Positions 1-9,287 of a stretch of DNA of 64,000 nucleotides are shown here, piece after piece; the stretch's first letter is position 1, and each line of letters begins with the position of its first letter. This DNA comes from a bacterium (GTDB lineage Bacteria; Patescibacteriota; CPR2; UBA1875; CAIMLA01), in contig JBAXUE010000002.1 of assembly GCA_037129835.1 (NCBI GenBank), forward strand, positions 66,334 through 130,333, in the 5' to 3' direction. The notes beneath the pieces were generated by a model, which saw only the letters and a list, made by a program, of their open reading frames with translations, searched no databases and was not told where the DNA came from. The translations under genes were made by a program, and so were the position numbers.

Positions 1-953
1 GTAGCATTGTAATTCTTCTTTTGGTTTTTGTACCGGGACTTAAGTTTTCTCATAATGGTGCCTCGCGATGGATTAATATTTTTGGGATTCAGTTTCAGCC
101 TTCAGAACTGATGAAAATTAGTATGATTATATTTTTAGCGAGCTGGCTCGAAAAAAGAAAAAATGAAATCGGAGATTTTCAAAAAGTGGTAGTACCATTT
201 GCCGGTATCGTTATTTTAGTACTCGGCCTGATATTAATCGAACCAGATATGGGAACAGCTACGGTTCTTGCGCTTACAGCAGGGGTAATGTTTTTTGTAG
301 CTGGGTCCAAAATGTCACATGTTTTCGCAGCAGTGGGTACCGCTATCGGAGGAGTAATTGTTTTAATAGCTGCCGCTCCCTATAGAATGGCCAGGTTTAC
401 TATCTTCTTAAACCCTACAGCAGATAAGTCTGGTAGTGGTTATCAAATTTCGCAAGCGCTGGTGGCAATTGGAAGTGGCGGTTTGTTTGGGCTTGGGTTC
501 GGCAGAAGTCGACAAAAATTCAATTATTTACCCGAGGCAGCTACAGATTCGATTTTTGCTGTTATCGCTGAAGAGCTTGGACTAATCATTTCCTGCGCCA
601 TCGTCTTTGTTTTTTTGCTTTTTGGCCTTCGTGGTTATAAAATATCTAGGGGAGCACCTGATATGTTTTCCAGGTTGGTAGCTACGGGGATAACTACTTG
701 GATTATTTCTCAGGCATTTATTAATATTTTAGCGATATTAAGCCTAATGCCCCTTACTGGGGTGCCTTTGCCATTTTTTAGTTATGGCGGCACATCATTA
801 ATGATGATTTTGGCTAGTTGTGGAATATTATTAAATATATCAAAATCTGCAAATCAAGGAGGAAGCGATGAGAATAATAGTATCGGGCGGTGGAACTGGC
901 GGACATATTTCCCCAGTTTTAGCAGTAATAGGCGAATTACAAAAAAAAGATAG
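1..953 (+). CDS. ftsW: SEDS-family peptidoglycan polymerase FtsW/RodA (5' end outside window)
   Basis: Frame is open from base 3 (the listed start at 21 is only TTG). Polytopic membrane protein with SEDS hallmarks: RWINIFGIQFQPSELMKI, EPDMGTA, SGGLFGLGFG, LPEAATDSIFAVIAEELG, PLPFFSYGGTS. Followed by murG and ftsQ as in dcw clusters. Confidence 0.9.
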   Translation, partial: SIVILLLVFVPGLKFSHNGASRWINIFGIQFQPSELMKISMIIFLASWLEKRKNEIGDFQKVVVPFAGIVILVLGLILIEPDMGTATVLALTAGVMFFVAGSKMSHVFAAVGTAIGGVIVLIAAAPYRMARFTIFLNPTADKSGSGYQISQALVAIGSGGLFGLGFGRSRQKFNYLPEAATDSIFAVIAEELGLIISCAIVFVFLLFGLRGYKISRGAPDMFSRLVATGITTWIISQAFINILAILSLMPLTGVPLPFFSYGGTSLMMILASCGILLNISKSANQGGSDENNSIGRWNWRTYFPSFSSNRRITKKR

Positions 954-2058
954 TTCAGTTGAAGTTTTATATATTGGTTCTTCGGAGGGGCTAGAGAGCA
1001 AGATTATCCCTCAAACTGGAATTAAATTTGTCGAAATTCATTCAGGTAAATTTCGTCGATATCACAAAAATAAAATATTAAATATTATTGATCCCACTAC
1101 TATTTATAAGAATTTTGTAGATCTTATCAAATTCAGTAGAGGTTACTTCGAGGCTAAAGAAATTATTTCAGAATATGATCCAGATGTTGTTTTTTGCAAA
1201 GGGGGATACGTTAGTTTCCCAGTCGGACTGGCGGCTTCTTCATTGAAATACCCTCTCGTTATCCATGAATCTGACAGTATTATGGGTATGGCAAATAAGG
1301 CGCTAGCTAAAAGGGCAGACAAGGTTTGCGTTTCATATCCGCTCAAAAACTTCACTGATGTTCCAAAAGATAAACTTGTTTATTCTGGTAATCCAGTCAG
1401 AGGAGATATTTTCGAGGGAGATAGAGGTAAGGCTGTAGAGGAATTTAGCCTTGTAAGGACGCTTCCGACACTTTTAATAATTGGGGGTAGCCAAGGTTCT
1501 CTGGTTATTAATCAAGTCGTTTCTGAGGCGCTTAGGAGTTTATTGAAAAGATATCAAATTATTCACGTATCGGGGGAAAGAGATTACGATTGGCTGAGTT
1601 TTCAAGCCGGCAAGCTACCAGAGGATGTAAAGGCGAACTATCATTTATATAATTTTCTTTCTGGAAGTCTCAAGCACGCATACAAAGTATCTGATTTGGT
1701 TATTTCTCGGGCGGGTAATAACGTGATTTCCGAACTTGCAGTACTTGGTAAGCCAACTATCTTAATTCCACTTCAGTCCTCTGCTAATGACCATCAGGTT
1801 TCAAATGCAAAGATTCTTTCTAGAATGGGTGCTGCTATGTTGGTCAAGCAGGACAGCCTAACAGCCCAATCGCTTGAGCGGAAAATAAATTATTTATTTG
1901 ATAATAAGGAAGAGCTAGATGGACTTGCTAGGAAAATTTCGGAATTATCAGCACCCGAAGCTTCTAAAATAGTAGCAGATATTATTAACGAAGAAGGAAA
2001 TAAGTTTATTCAAGAAACAAGCTATGAAGAAAATGAAAATAAGTCAGAGGAGAAATAA
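868..2058 (+). CDS. murG: UDP-GlcNAc:lipid I N-acetylglucosaminyltransferase MurG
   Basis: N-terminal MRIIVSGGGTGGHISPVLAV glycine loop, IIGGSQGS, and ISRAGNNVISELAVLGKPTILIP C-domain motif. GT28 architecture and dcw context. Acidic C-terminal tail. Confidence 0.93.
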   Translation: MRIIVSGGGTGGHISPVLAVIGELQKKDSSVEVLYIGSSEGLESKIIPQTGIKFVEIHSGKFRRYHKNKILNIIDPTTIYKNFVDLIKFSRGYFEAKEIISEYDPDVVFCKGGYVSFPVGLAASSLKYPLVIHESDSIMGMANKALAKRADKVCVSYPLKNFTDVPKDKLVYSGNPVRGDIFEGDRGKAVEEFSLVRTLPTLLIIGGSQGSLVINQVVSEALRSLLKRYQIIHVSGERDYDWLSFQAGKLPEDVKANYHLYNFLSGSLKHAYKVSDLVISRAGNNVISELAVLGKPTILIPLQSSANDHQVSNAKILSRMGAAMLVKQDSLTAQSLERKINYLFDNKEELDGLARKISELSAPEASKIVADIINEEGNKFIQETSYEENENKSEEK

Positions 2059-2845
2059 TTCACGAAATATTCGAAGGGCTGTTCGTCAACCTTCTCTATA
2101 TTCAAGGACAGAAGAGCCAGCTCCTAAGCCATTCTCTTTCCGTTGGATAATTATCTTCGTTATTTTGTTGTTAATAACTGGGATTATATTTTTAGTATTT
2201 ATTTCTGACGTATTTAGGGTTAATAATGTGGTTTTTTCTCCTACGAAATACATTAGTAGGGAAGAGTTGGAAAAAACTAAGAATAATAATCAGACACTTT
2301 TTGATAATAATATTATTTCTTTTGGCTTTTTTGGTCTGGCGGGAAAGCTTGAGAAAGTGACTGGAGTTTCTAAAATTTCTGTTATTAGAAAAAGCAACCA
2401 TGACATCTATGTAAATATAAAGGAAGAATATCCTCTCTTGGTTTGGCAGACGATGAATAAAAAATATTTGGTCAATAACGATGGAATTATCTGGGCTAAT
2501 TTTGAAGATAAATATGCCAGTGTCCCGATTATAATTGATACCAAGAATGTACCCGTAGAACTGAACTCAAAGGTAATTCCGGGTACCTTTATCTCTTTTA
2601 TTACTGAACTACAGAATAATTTTCCAAAGAAAACCGCTAATACAATTATAAAAATGGAAGTTTTGGATATAATCAGCGATCTTAGGGTCACTACCAAAGC
2701 TGGCTGGTGCGTTTATTTTGATACATCGAGAACTGCCGGTAACCAGATCATAAGCTTGGGCAGAGTTCTAACCGAAGTCGCTGCTAAAAAGCAACCACTT
2801 GAATATGTCGATCTTCGGGTCAGAGACAGAATATTTTATAAGTAG
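2024..2845 (+). CDS. ftsQ: FtsQ/DivIB-like cell-division protein
   Basis: Basic N-terminus, single TM (WIIIFVILLLITGIIFLVFI), POTRA-like segment (FRVNNVVFSPTKYISREEL) and a beta-rich C-domain. Position directly after murG. Start could be 2024 or 2033. Confidence 0.7.
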   Translation: MKKMKISQRRNNSRNIRRAVRQPSLYSRTEEPAPKPFSFRWIIIFVILLLITGIIFLVFISDVFRVNNVVFSPTKYISREELEKTKNNNQTLFDNNIISFGFFGLAGKLEKVTGVSKISVIRKSNHDIYVNIKEEYPLLVWQTMNKKYLVNNDGIIWANFEDKYASVPIIIDTKNVPVELNSKVIPGTFISFITELQNNFPKKTANTIIKMEVLDIISDLRVTTKAGWCVYFDTSRTAGNQIISLGRVLTEVAAKKQPLEYVDLRVRDRIFYK

Positions 2846-2890
2846 GTTCGATGCTCGCTTCGGGGGAGAGGACCACAATATTTGTATAAT

Positions 2891-2912
2891 AATTTATTAA
2901 TATTAATAAATT
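2891..2912. repeat. perfect 22-nt AT-only palindrome AATTTATTAATATTAATAAATT
   Basis: The sequence equals its own reverse complement. It lies 46 nt after the ftsQ stop. Confidence 0.9.
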
Positions 2913-2955
2913 AACTTCTAGGTATAAACGTATAAATGCCATAATGTTAATTTAA

Positions 2956-2993
2956 CTAATTATTTGATAATAATACAATTATCAAATAATTAG
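2956..2993. repeat. perfect 16-bp inverted repeat (CTAATTATTTGATAAT / ATTATCAAATAATTAG) with 6-nt spacer
   Basis: Read directly from the sequence. The arms are exact reverse complements. Confidence 0.9.
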
Positions 2994-2999
2994 TATTTT

Positions 3000-3027
3000 A
3001 CAGTTCAAATAATATATTATGTTAAAC
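3000..3027. other. candidate dif (XerC/XerD) recombination site
   Basis: ACAGTTCAAAT-AATATA-TTATGTTAAAC. The right arm matches the E. coli dif XerD arm TTATGTTAAAT at 10/11, with an AT-rich 6-nt centre. It lies in the only convergent strand-switch gap of the window. The left arm is a weak match. Confidence 0.35.
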
Positions 3028-3456
3028 TATACATTTAACAATTTACTTGCAAAGAAAACTCCAGCCACATACTGCAGAGCTATTACAGATACAGAATAAC
3101 TTTCTCCAATATTTAGGCTTTGCAAAGATATAAACGATGTATTTTTATCGTTTTCTATGACCACTTACACCCCCAAGTCGATATAATCAAATAGTCGTCC
3201 AAGATATATTGTGCGACACAATGCTTCAAGCAGTTCTGGTAGGTAAGGGTGAGGCTATGGTAGTCATCTAAGTATTTAATTAGGTCGACCCATACCGTTT
3301 AGACTTAGGGCGCAGAGAAAAAAGGGGGAACTTCTTTTACTTTATAATGTAACAATTCTATTGTATTTTGATTAAGTAATTGAGTATTTTAAAAATAATC
3401 CCCCCAAAAAAAATTGGATATAATTTGTAATCATAAACGATAACTTAATATATTAA

Positions 3457-6453
3457 TTAAAACCGGATTTCTTCGCCTGGCTTTATCTCTTTAGTACTAC
3501 TGATGATTATTTTTTCATGTGGAAGTATCGTGGTTATGTCTTTAAAGTCACTAGGAGCTATCTCTCGTTGCTTTTTGTCGCTATGAGTACTGTTTGTATG
3601 TATTGTACTCGGTTTCGCCACTGTGACGATGATTTCTTTTATCTCAGTCTTTGTCTCCAATTTTGGTTTTTCAATGGGGGAATCCAGCTTCTTGGGTTCT
3701 ATATTTTTTGTATTTTCGGTAATTGCCTGTTTTAACTTATCTGCCAGCTGAGTGTTATCGTTTTTTACTTCACTCTTTCCCCTATTTAAATTTGAATTAG
3801 AACGAGAATTTGTGTTCTTTTCTTTATTGTTACTATTAAATTTGTTTTTACTTCTCTCATTATTGTCGTTATGATCATTACTACTATTATTGGAAATATT
3901 GGTATTACCGCTAGCGCTAGGTTTTTCTTTATCTGGTTGCGGAGTAACCATTTCTTTGTTAGCAGGTGGAATGTAATTAGGATTTGTAATAGGTCTATCG
4001 CCTTCGTTGGCATTCACGCCAGCGATTACCGAATCGATATTGTACCATTTCCGAATATCGTCTTCTACTTTCTTTTTTGGAGTACCGTATTTTTTTCGCG
4101 AAATAGCAATTACTATGCTCGTTAGATCTTCCGTTGGCTCTGCAGAGGGAATACTTTTTGCTGAGAATGGTGAGCTATTTACTCCATTTACTGGCATATT
4201 AAGGTATAAATGCCGATTGTCTAGATTGATAAGGTCATTCTGTGAAAATATAGGCTCAAATTCTTTTTCTAGAAAGCTAGCATCTGTTGCGCCCACCCTA
4301 AATGATATCAGAGTACCTACGTTGCCAAATACCGCGTCTCTAACCTCTTCCTCCATCTGTGCAACGTATTGGTTGGCCACAGCTAGGGAAAGATGGTATT
4401 TTCGGGCTTCAGAAAGAATGGTTCCAAAGGATTCTGTGGCAAAATTTTGAAACTCATCAACGTAAAGATAGAAGTCTTTCCTCTCTGATTCAGGAATAAA
4501 CGCTCTTTGCATGGCAGCGAGCTGGATTTTTGTGATTATTAATGAGCCAAGAAGTTCTGAGTTTATCTCCCCTATTTTGCCCGTTGATAGATCTACTAGT
4601 AATATTTTTCCCGTATCCATTATTTCTGAAAAGTTAACAGTGCTTTTTGGTTGACCAACAATATTGCGAATAGTTTCTGAAGCTGTAAATTGGCCAACTT
4701 TATTAAGAATAGGCGCTACAGTCTCAGTAGCCATTTTATCATTATAGGTAGAAAACTCTTTGAGCCAGAACATCTGTACTACTGGGTCAGTTACTTGGCT
4801 AACTACATTTTTGCGATAATTTTTATCGGTTAGCATTCTGACAATACCTAGCATAGTAGAGCCCTCAACTTCTGCTAGCGCTAGTACCGTGTGATTTAAG
4901 ACATATTCTAGCCTTGGCCCCCAGGAGAACCCAAACATTCTCTTCAGTACTGATATAAAGCCCTTTGCAGTCTCTTCACGCATTCCAGGGGGGCTTTCCA
5001 GGGGATTAAAACCTAGGGGAAACTCTTTATCAGAGGGGTTAAGATAAATAACATCATCTAGGCGCTCTTTGGGGATAAATTTAAGAATATTATCTATAGC
5101 CTCTCCATGAGGATCAATAAAGGCTACACCCTCCCCTCTTTGGATATCTTGTATCGCTAAACCTTCAAGAAGCCTAGACTTTCCTACTCCAGTTTTCCCG
5201 ATTATGTACATATGTCTTCGTCTATCATCTCTTTTGATCCCGAACAGTTTATCGCTATTTCGGAAAGTTGTAATCGCAAGGGGTGAAATGTCTTTATCGT
5301 TAATGTTTTCATCAGTAATGAAGGGCAAGCTTGATGGTGGTTCGCCTTTTTTCGAAGATGTCCATACGATATTGGGCGTTTCTACCGAAACATGTGGCAA
5401 GTGATATAAACTTGCAAGTTCTTCAATATTAAGATCATAGCCCTTGTCATTAAATAGTCTTGCCCGATAAGCGTTTAAGAATTCTTCACTTGTAAATAAA
5501 CCCTTCCCAGTAAAGCCATTTAAGTTTGTTGTATTAAATTGTTTAAAAGCACCAACAACGGCTTGAATTTTATCGGTAGCCTTTTCTCTGGACTTAGAAA
5601 GATATACAACCCTTATCATGACGCGATACCCGAGTTTGGCGCTCTTGTCTTCAATGGCTGTTAACTCAGTTTCTTCTGCATGAGAAAGTTTAGGCGCCTC
5701 AGGCTTAGCATCTTTTTTAGCTTCTACGGGTGCAACATTGAGCGCATTGAATATAAAATCTAGAGGGAGGGTGCCGGAGTTGGGTTTTATGGTTTTTTTA
5801 GACGCGATATATGAAAGAGCTTTTTTCCTCCAGTCGTCATTTTCTGGTTTTGCGAGTATTTGAATCCAAATTTGTTCATTTGGCTCATTGGTCATAGAAA
5901 GCATGCCCGTAATTCCTGCCAGCGGGTCAACATCAAAGTTCAAAAAAGTTTTTATTGGGTAAATATCATCTTTTGTAAGAAGTAATTCTGTTCCCGCAAT
6001 AGCATCTGGATTTTTATCACCGTCTACATCGGTTGTTTTTGAGTAGTCATTAACCACTGATATTTCCGCAGTCGGATATTGAGCATAGACTTGACCTTCT
6101 ACAAATTCTTTAATCTTCTTGGGCACCCAGATGAAAAATTCTATAGAATTTAACGTAGAGACGATTTCAAGGCTGAAATGTTCTTGTACGGTGGTTCCCT
6201 TTTTTTGTTCGCTTTTTGAATGAAGAATACCGTGTAGGGCTGCGAACATCATTTCTGCTGCCACAGGGCCTTTCTCATTATTTTTAGGTATTTTTATTGA
6301 TAAGACAGTATGTTCAATTTCGTTTACGTATGAAGCTTTTTTAAAATTTTTCCATGAAAAAAATAGAACTAGTGGTACTATAAACCACCAAGTCCAAACT
6401 ACAACACTCCACATTCCTCCAAGTATCGCTAAGCTAAGTTCCTGCAAAAACAT
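3457..6453 (-). CDS. membrane-anchored TraD/VirD4/HerA-FtsK-like P-loop ATPase with low-complexity C-terminal tail
   Basis: N-terminal TM (WSVVVWTWWFIVPLVLFFSW), Walker A IIGKTGVGKSRLLE, Walker B FYLYVDEFQNF. The last ~190 aa are N/S/K-rich low complexity. Its start overlaps the upstream stop by 1 nt (TAATG). Confidence 0.75.
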   Translation of the reverse strand: MFLQELSLAILGGMWSVVVWTWWFIVPLVLFFSWKNFKKASYVNEIEHTVLSIKIPKNNEKGPVAAEMMFAALHGILHSKSEQKKGTTVQEHFSLEIVSTLNSIEFFIWVPKKIKEFVEGQVYAQYPTAEISVVNDYSKTTDVDGDKNPDAIAGTELLLTKDDIYPIKTFLNFDVDPLAGITGMLSMTNEPNEQIWIQILAKPENDDWRKKALSYIASKKTIKPNSGTLPLDFIFNALNVAPVEAKKDAKPEAPKLSHAEETELTAIEDKSAKLGYRVMIRVVYLSKSREKATDKIQAVVGAFKQFNTTNLNGFTGKGLFTSEEFLNAYRARLFNDKGYDLNIEELASLYHLPHVSVETPNIVWTSSKKGEPPSSLPFITDENINDKDISPLAITTFRNSDKLFGIKRDDRRRHMYIIGKTGVGKSRLLEGLAIQDIQRGEGVAFIDPHGEAIDNILKFIPKERLDDVIYLNPSDKEFPLGFNPLESPPGMREETAKGFISVLKRMFGFSWGPRLEYVLNHTVLALAEVEGSTMLGIVRMLTDKNYRKNVVSQVTDPVVQMFWLKEFSTYNDKMATETVAPILNKVGQFTASETIRNIVGQPKSTVNFSEIMDTGKILLVDLSTGKIGEINSELLGSLIITKIQLAAMQRAFIPESERKDFYLYVDEFQNFATESFGTILSEARKYHLSLAVANQYVAQMEEEVRDAVFGNVGTLISFRVGATDASFLEKEFEPIFSQNDLINLDNRHLYLNMPVNGVNSSPFSAKSIPSAEPTEDLTSIVIAISRKKYGTPKKKVEDDIRKWYNIDSVIAGVNANEGDRPITNPNYIPPANKEMVTPQPDKEKPSASGNTNISNNSSNDHNDNNERSKNKFNSNNKEKNTNSRSNSNLNRGKSEVKNDNTQLADKLKQAITENTKNIEPKKLDSPIEKPKLETKTEIKEIIVTVAKPSTIHTNSTHSDKKQREIAPSDFKDITTILPHEKIIISSTKEIKPGEEIRF

Positions 6454-7553
6454 TATTCCCTCCCGTTAGAAATGGTATAAGTAGCCCGAGATATTCGCCT
6501 AAATCGATCTCTTTGGAGATTGAGTAATATCGTCGTTTCTTTTACAACCCTTCGTTTCAATACCTCTATTATAATATCGTCTTTATGCATAGGTTCGCCA
6601 GATGTAATTAATATTTCTGCTATTACATCCTCTACCACGCCAGAAGTATAACCCCACTCCTTGAGCGCATAGATACCTCGACCGATTAAAATAAATCTGT
6701 CATCACGTATAAGTTCATTGTGTACGGCTTGTCTGGTAACGGTTTTTTTCTTAGTTCCAACATCTTGAATCTTTTTTGATATTTCAGAATAATGAAGAGG
6801 TTTTTTGTGTTTCTTTAAGATGTAATATGTTTTATCCTTAATACTTTTAGGATTAATTTCACGCCATTTGGTAAGGCCGAAGTGTCCTGCTTCGGTTTTG
6901 ATGATTTCCTTAGCGGTCGATAATATCGCGATAATATTTTTAGTATCTGTATTTGCTTCAGGGATAGTCATTTTTATTTCTCGTATAAGCTTTACTTCTT
7001 CTATGGGATTTTGTTCTTTTTCGAGGATACTAATAGCTGCAGCACTAATCGTTTTAATTAAGGGTATTGTAATTGGTTCGACAAAATACGATTTTTTAAA
7101 GTTATCAGCGTCAGAGAGCGTTGAGATGTTGTTACTGCAAGAGATCAAAAAACTTAGTTGATATCGTTGTTTTGTAGTAACCACAGCGGTGAAAATATCC
7201 TTTTCTAGGTCGCCAGAAACGATGATGCCACCGTTATTGATTATAATATCTTTAATGATTATATATATTTCTTGAGCTCGCATGTCGGTTTTGCCGAAGT
7301 CGCGAAGCTTACCAATGGCGTTCTTCTCTATTTGTCGTACGCGTTCCCTAGTAATGCCTAGACTCTTACCTATTTCTTCGAGAGTTTTTGGTTTTAGGCC
7401 ATCAACACCAAAGCGTTCGCTCAACACTTGTCTTTCGCGATCTTTTTTTATTTTTGCAGAATTCAAAAAAAAATTAACCTCGTCTGTTGCATTAAATTTT
7501 GCAACCGAAGGTATCTCTACTGTATTCGTGTTTTTTTCTTGTTTTCTAGGCAT
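6453..7553 (-). CDS. sigma-70 region-4 HTH plus HARE-HTH domain protein
   Basis: [28 protein letters not shown] is a sigma-70 region 4.2 HTH. The C-terminal [12 protein letters not shown]...[17 protein letters not shown] resembles the HARE-HTH of RNAP delta-like proteins. Confidence 0.65.
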   Translation of the reverse strand: MPRKQEKNTNTVEIPSVAKFNATDEVNFFLNSAKIKKDRERQVLSERFGVDGLKPKTLEEIGKSLGITRERVRQIEKNAIGKLRDFGKTDMRAQEIYIIIKDIIINNGGIIVSGDLEKDIFTAVVTTKQRYQLSFLISCSNNISTLSDADNFKKSYFVEPITIPLIKTISAAAISILEKEQNPIEEVKLIREIKMTIPEANTDTKNIIAILSTAKEIIKTEAGHFGLTKWREINPKSIKDKTYYILKKHKKPLHYSEISKKIQDVGTKKKTVTRQAVHNELIRDDRFILIGRGIYALKEWGYTSGVVEDVIAEILITSGEPMHKDDIIIEVLKRRVVKETTILLNLQRDRFRRISRATYTISNGRE

Positions 7554-7613
7554 AATTCGTAATACGATTATAGCATAAAATAGCCTGTTGTGTCAACTTA
7601 TTTGCCTATAGCG

Positions 7614-8462
7614 TTATTTTATGAATATATCTATTAAAGTGCCCGCAACGGTGCTGATAACCACCAGAATCAGGGCTATTTGTGCGAGATTTTTCCACTT
7701 AATGCCTCTAGCTGCTAGAACGACGAAGACCTCTCCACCAGCGGCAGAAAGTCCAGCTACTACGGCGCCAAAGGTAATGATTTTTTCAATATATAGAGTC
7801 GCTATCGCTATAGAGGTGCCACAACCTGGTATCAACCCCACTAATGACGCAAGGAAAGGCTGTAGCCATAAAATATTCGCAAAAAAGTCGTTTAAAAAAG
7901 TCATTGTATAGGTGTCTTGAATATAATTAAAAATAGCAAGCGTGATAAATACAATAAAGACCACTCGGATAGCATGTTTGATGGCATGTATGATCTCGCC
8001 TTTCAGGCCATCATGGTGCGGATGTTGTGCGCAACAAAACTCTATTTCTTTTTCAATTTTGGTTCTGCGTATCTTAAATCCAGGGAAGAAGTCTACTAGG
8101 TAGCCAGCCGTTATGGCTATAATTAGCTTAGCCAGTAAAATCGGTATAAACTTTTCTATCCCAAGCGGTATAAATACATATATCGCTTCGTCAGAGATAG
8201 CAATAATCGCGGCTACCAAGGTTCCTAGGGTCGCTATCCCTTCCGTAAACAATATCGCTATTACAACAGCTACATTACATCCGGGAAGCATTCCGAAAAG
8301 TGCAGCGAACAGAGGCATCATTTTCTTGGATTTTTCGAGTTTATGTTCAACCTTATGTCCGTATCGATGATTAAAATAATCAACAATCACAAAGATAGGC
8401 AGGATTATTACTCCTACTCTTAGCGCAGTTTTTGCTGCTTCTATTATTGGTTCCCAATTCAT
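7614..8462 (-). CDS. polytopic membrane protein, putative metal-ion permease (ArsP_2 / '10TM heavy-metal exporter'-like)
   Basis: About 8-10 TM segments, duplicated (M/G)LPGCN / LIPGCGTS motifs, and a His/Cys-rich loop CCAQHPHHDG. Confidence 0.55.
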   Translation of the reverse strand: MNWEPIIEAAKTALRVGVIILPIFVIVDYFNHRYGHKVEHKLEKSKKMMPLFAALFGMLPGCNVAVVIAILFTEGIATLGTLVAAIIAISDEAIYVFIPLGIEKFIPILLAKLIIAITAGYLVDFFPGFKIRRTKIEKEIEFCCAQHPHHDGLKGEIIHAIKHAIRVVFIVFITLAIFNYIQDTYTMTFLNDFFANILWLQPFLASLVGLIPGCGTSIAIATLYIEKIITFGAVVAGLSAAGGEVFVVLAARGIKWKNLAQIALILVVISTVAGTLIDIFIK

Positions 8463-8477
8463 TAGGTTATTTTACCA

Positions 8478-9287
8478 CTATTTAAACAATCTTTTATAAT
8501 TTAGCCAGCTAGAAAGTTCGCTTTCATTTTGAATGTATCCACGATATTCTATATTTTCTCCGAGATGTATGCCTAGGTGCAGGTGTTTTCTCTCCCCCCC
8601 ACTATTAGTACTGTAGGCTGGTGCCAAATTTGCTATTAAACTTTTTTTGTTTAAAATGTCGTTAACTTTTAGGTTTGATGAAGCAATATCAAGATGACCG
8701 TAAAGCACGGTTACTACTTGTTCTCCCACGTTGCAATCTTGGATAACAGCTCCTCCATATCCTTCTATTGGTCCGATTAGACGTATTTTTCCGTTACATA
8801 TTGCGGTTATTGGCACCGCGATATCTGCCTCATTAGATAGCGTTTCAAAATCAATGCCGGTATGAAATCCTATAAAATTCTCGGGCTGTATTGGTGATTC
8901 AGTAGGCGTGACATAGATTCCAAAAGGTTTTTTTGTTATTCTGGATAAAGAATTTGAGATGGGTTCGCCTAATGTCCCTATATTCGATGTCGTCGTCGGT
9001 ATTGGTGTAGGCGTTGGCGTTAACATCGGCGTCACACTAGGAGAAGATTTTGCATTAATGCTTCGTTGTAAATATACCCTACCTTTTACGACGCATTTTC
9101 GTGGATTGCTCATCTGAACTGGGATGCCAGCCTTTATACAACTTTCATAACTATTTATTTGGCTTAAGGTAAATTGTTTATATGCGTATACTAGAACAAT
9201 AAATATAATAAAAATTATTAATAATAAAAAATAATATATTCGCTTATTGTGTATCTTAATTCGTAAAAATTTACGTTTCCTATACAT
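8478..9287 (-). CDS. membrane-anchored M23 (LytM-type) peptidoglycan endopeptidase
   Basis: N-terminal TM, a Pro/Thr linker (TPMLTPTPTPIPTTT), and M23 metal ligands GFHTGIDFE and KHLHLGIH. Confidence 0.85.
   Translation of the reverse strand: MYRKRKFLRIKIHNKRIYYFLLLIIFIIFIVLVYAYKQFTLSQINSYESCIKAGIPVQMSNPRKCVVKGRVYLQRSINAKSSPSVTPMLTPTPTPIPTTTSNIGTLGEPISNSLSRITKKPFGIYVTPTESPIQPENFIGFHTGIDFETLSNEADIAVPITAICNGKIRLIGPIEGYGGAVIQDCNVGEQVVTVLYGHLDIASSNLKVNDILNKKSLIANLAPAYSTNSGGERKHLHLGIHLGENIEYRGYIQNESELSSWLNYKRLFK

Noticed and set aside
2846-2880. tRNA-like T-loop string GGTTCGATGC just after ftsQ.
   Set aside because: No acceptor, anticodon or D-arm pairing can be drawn around it. No other tRNA or rRNA signature is present in the window.
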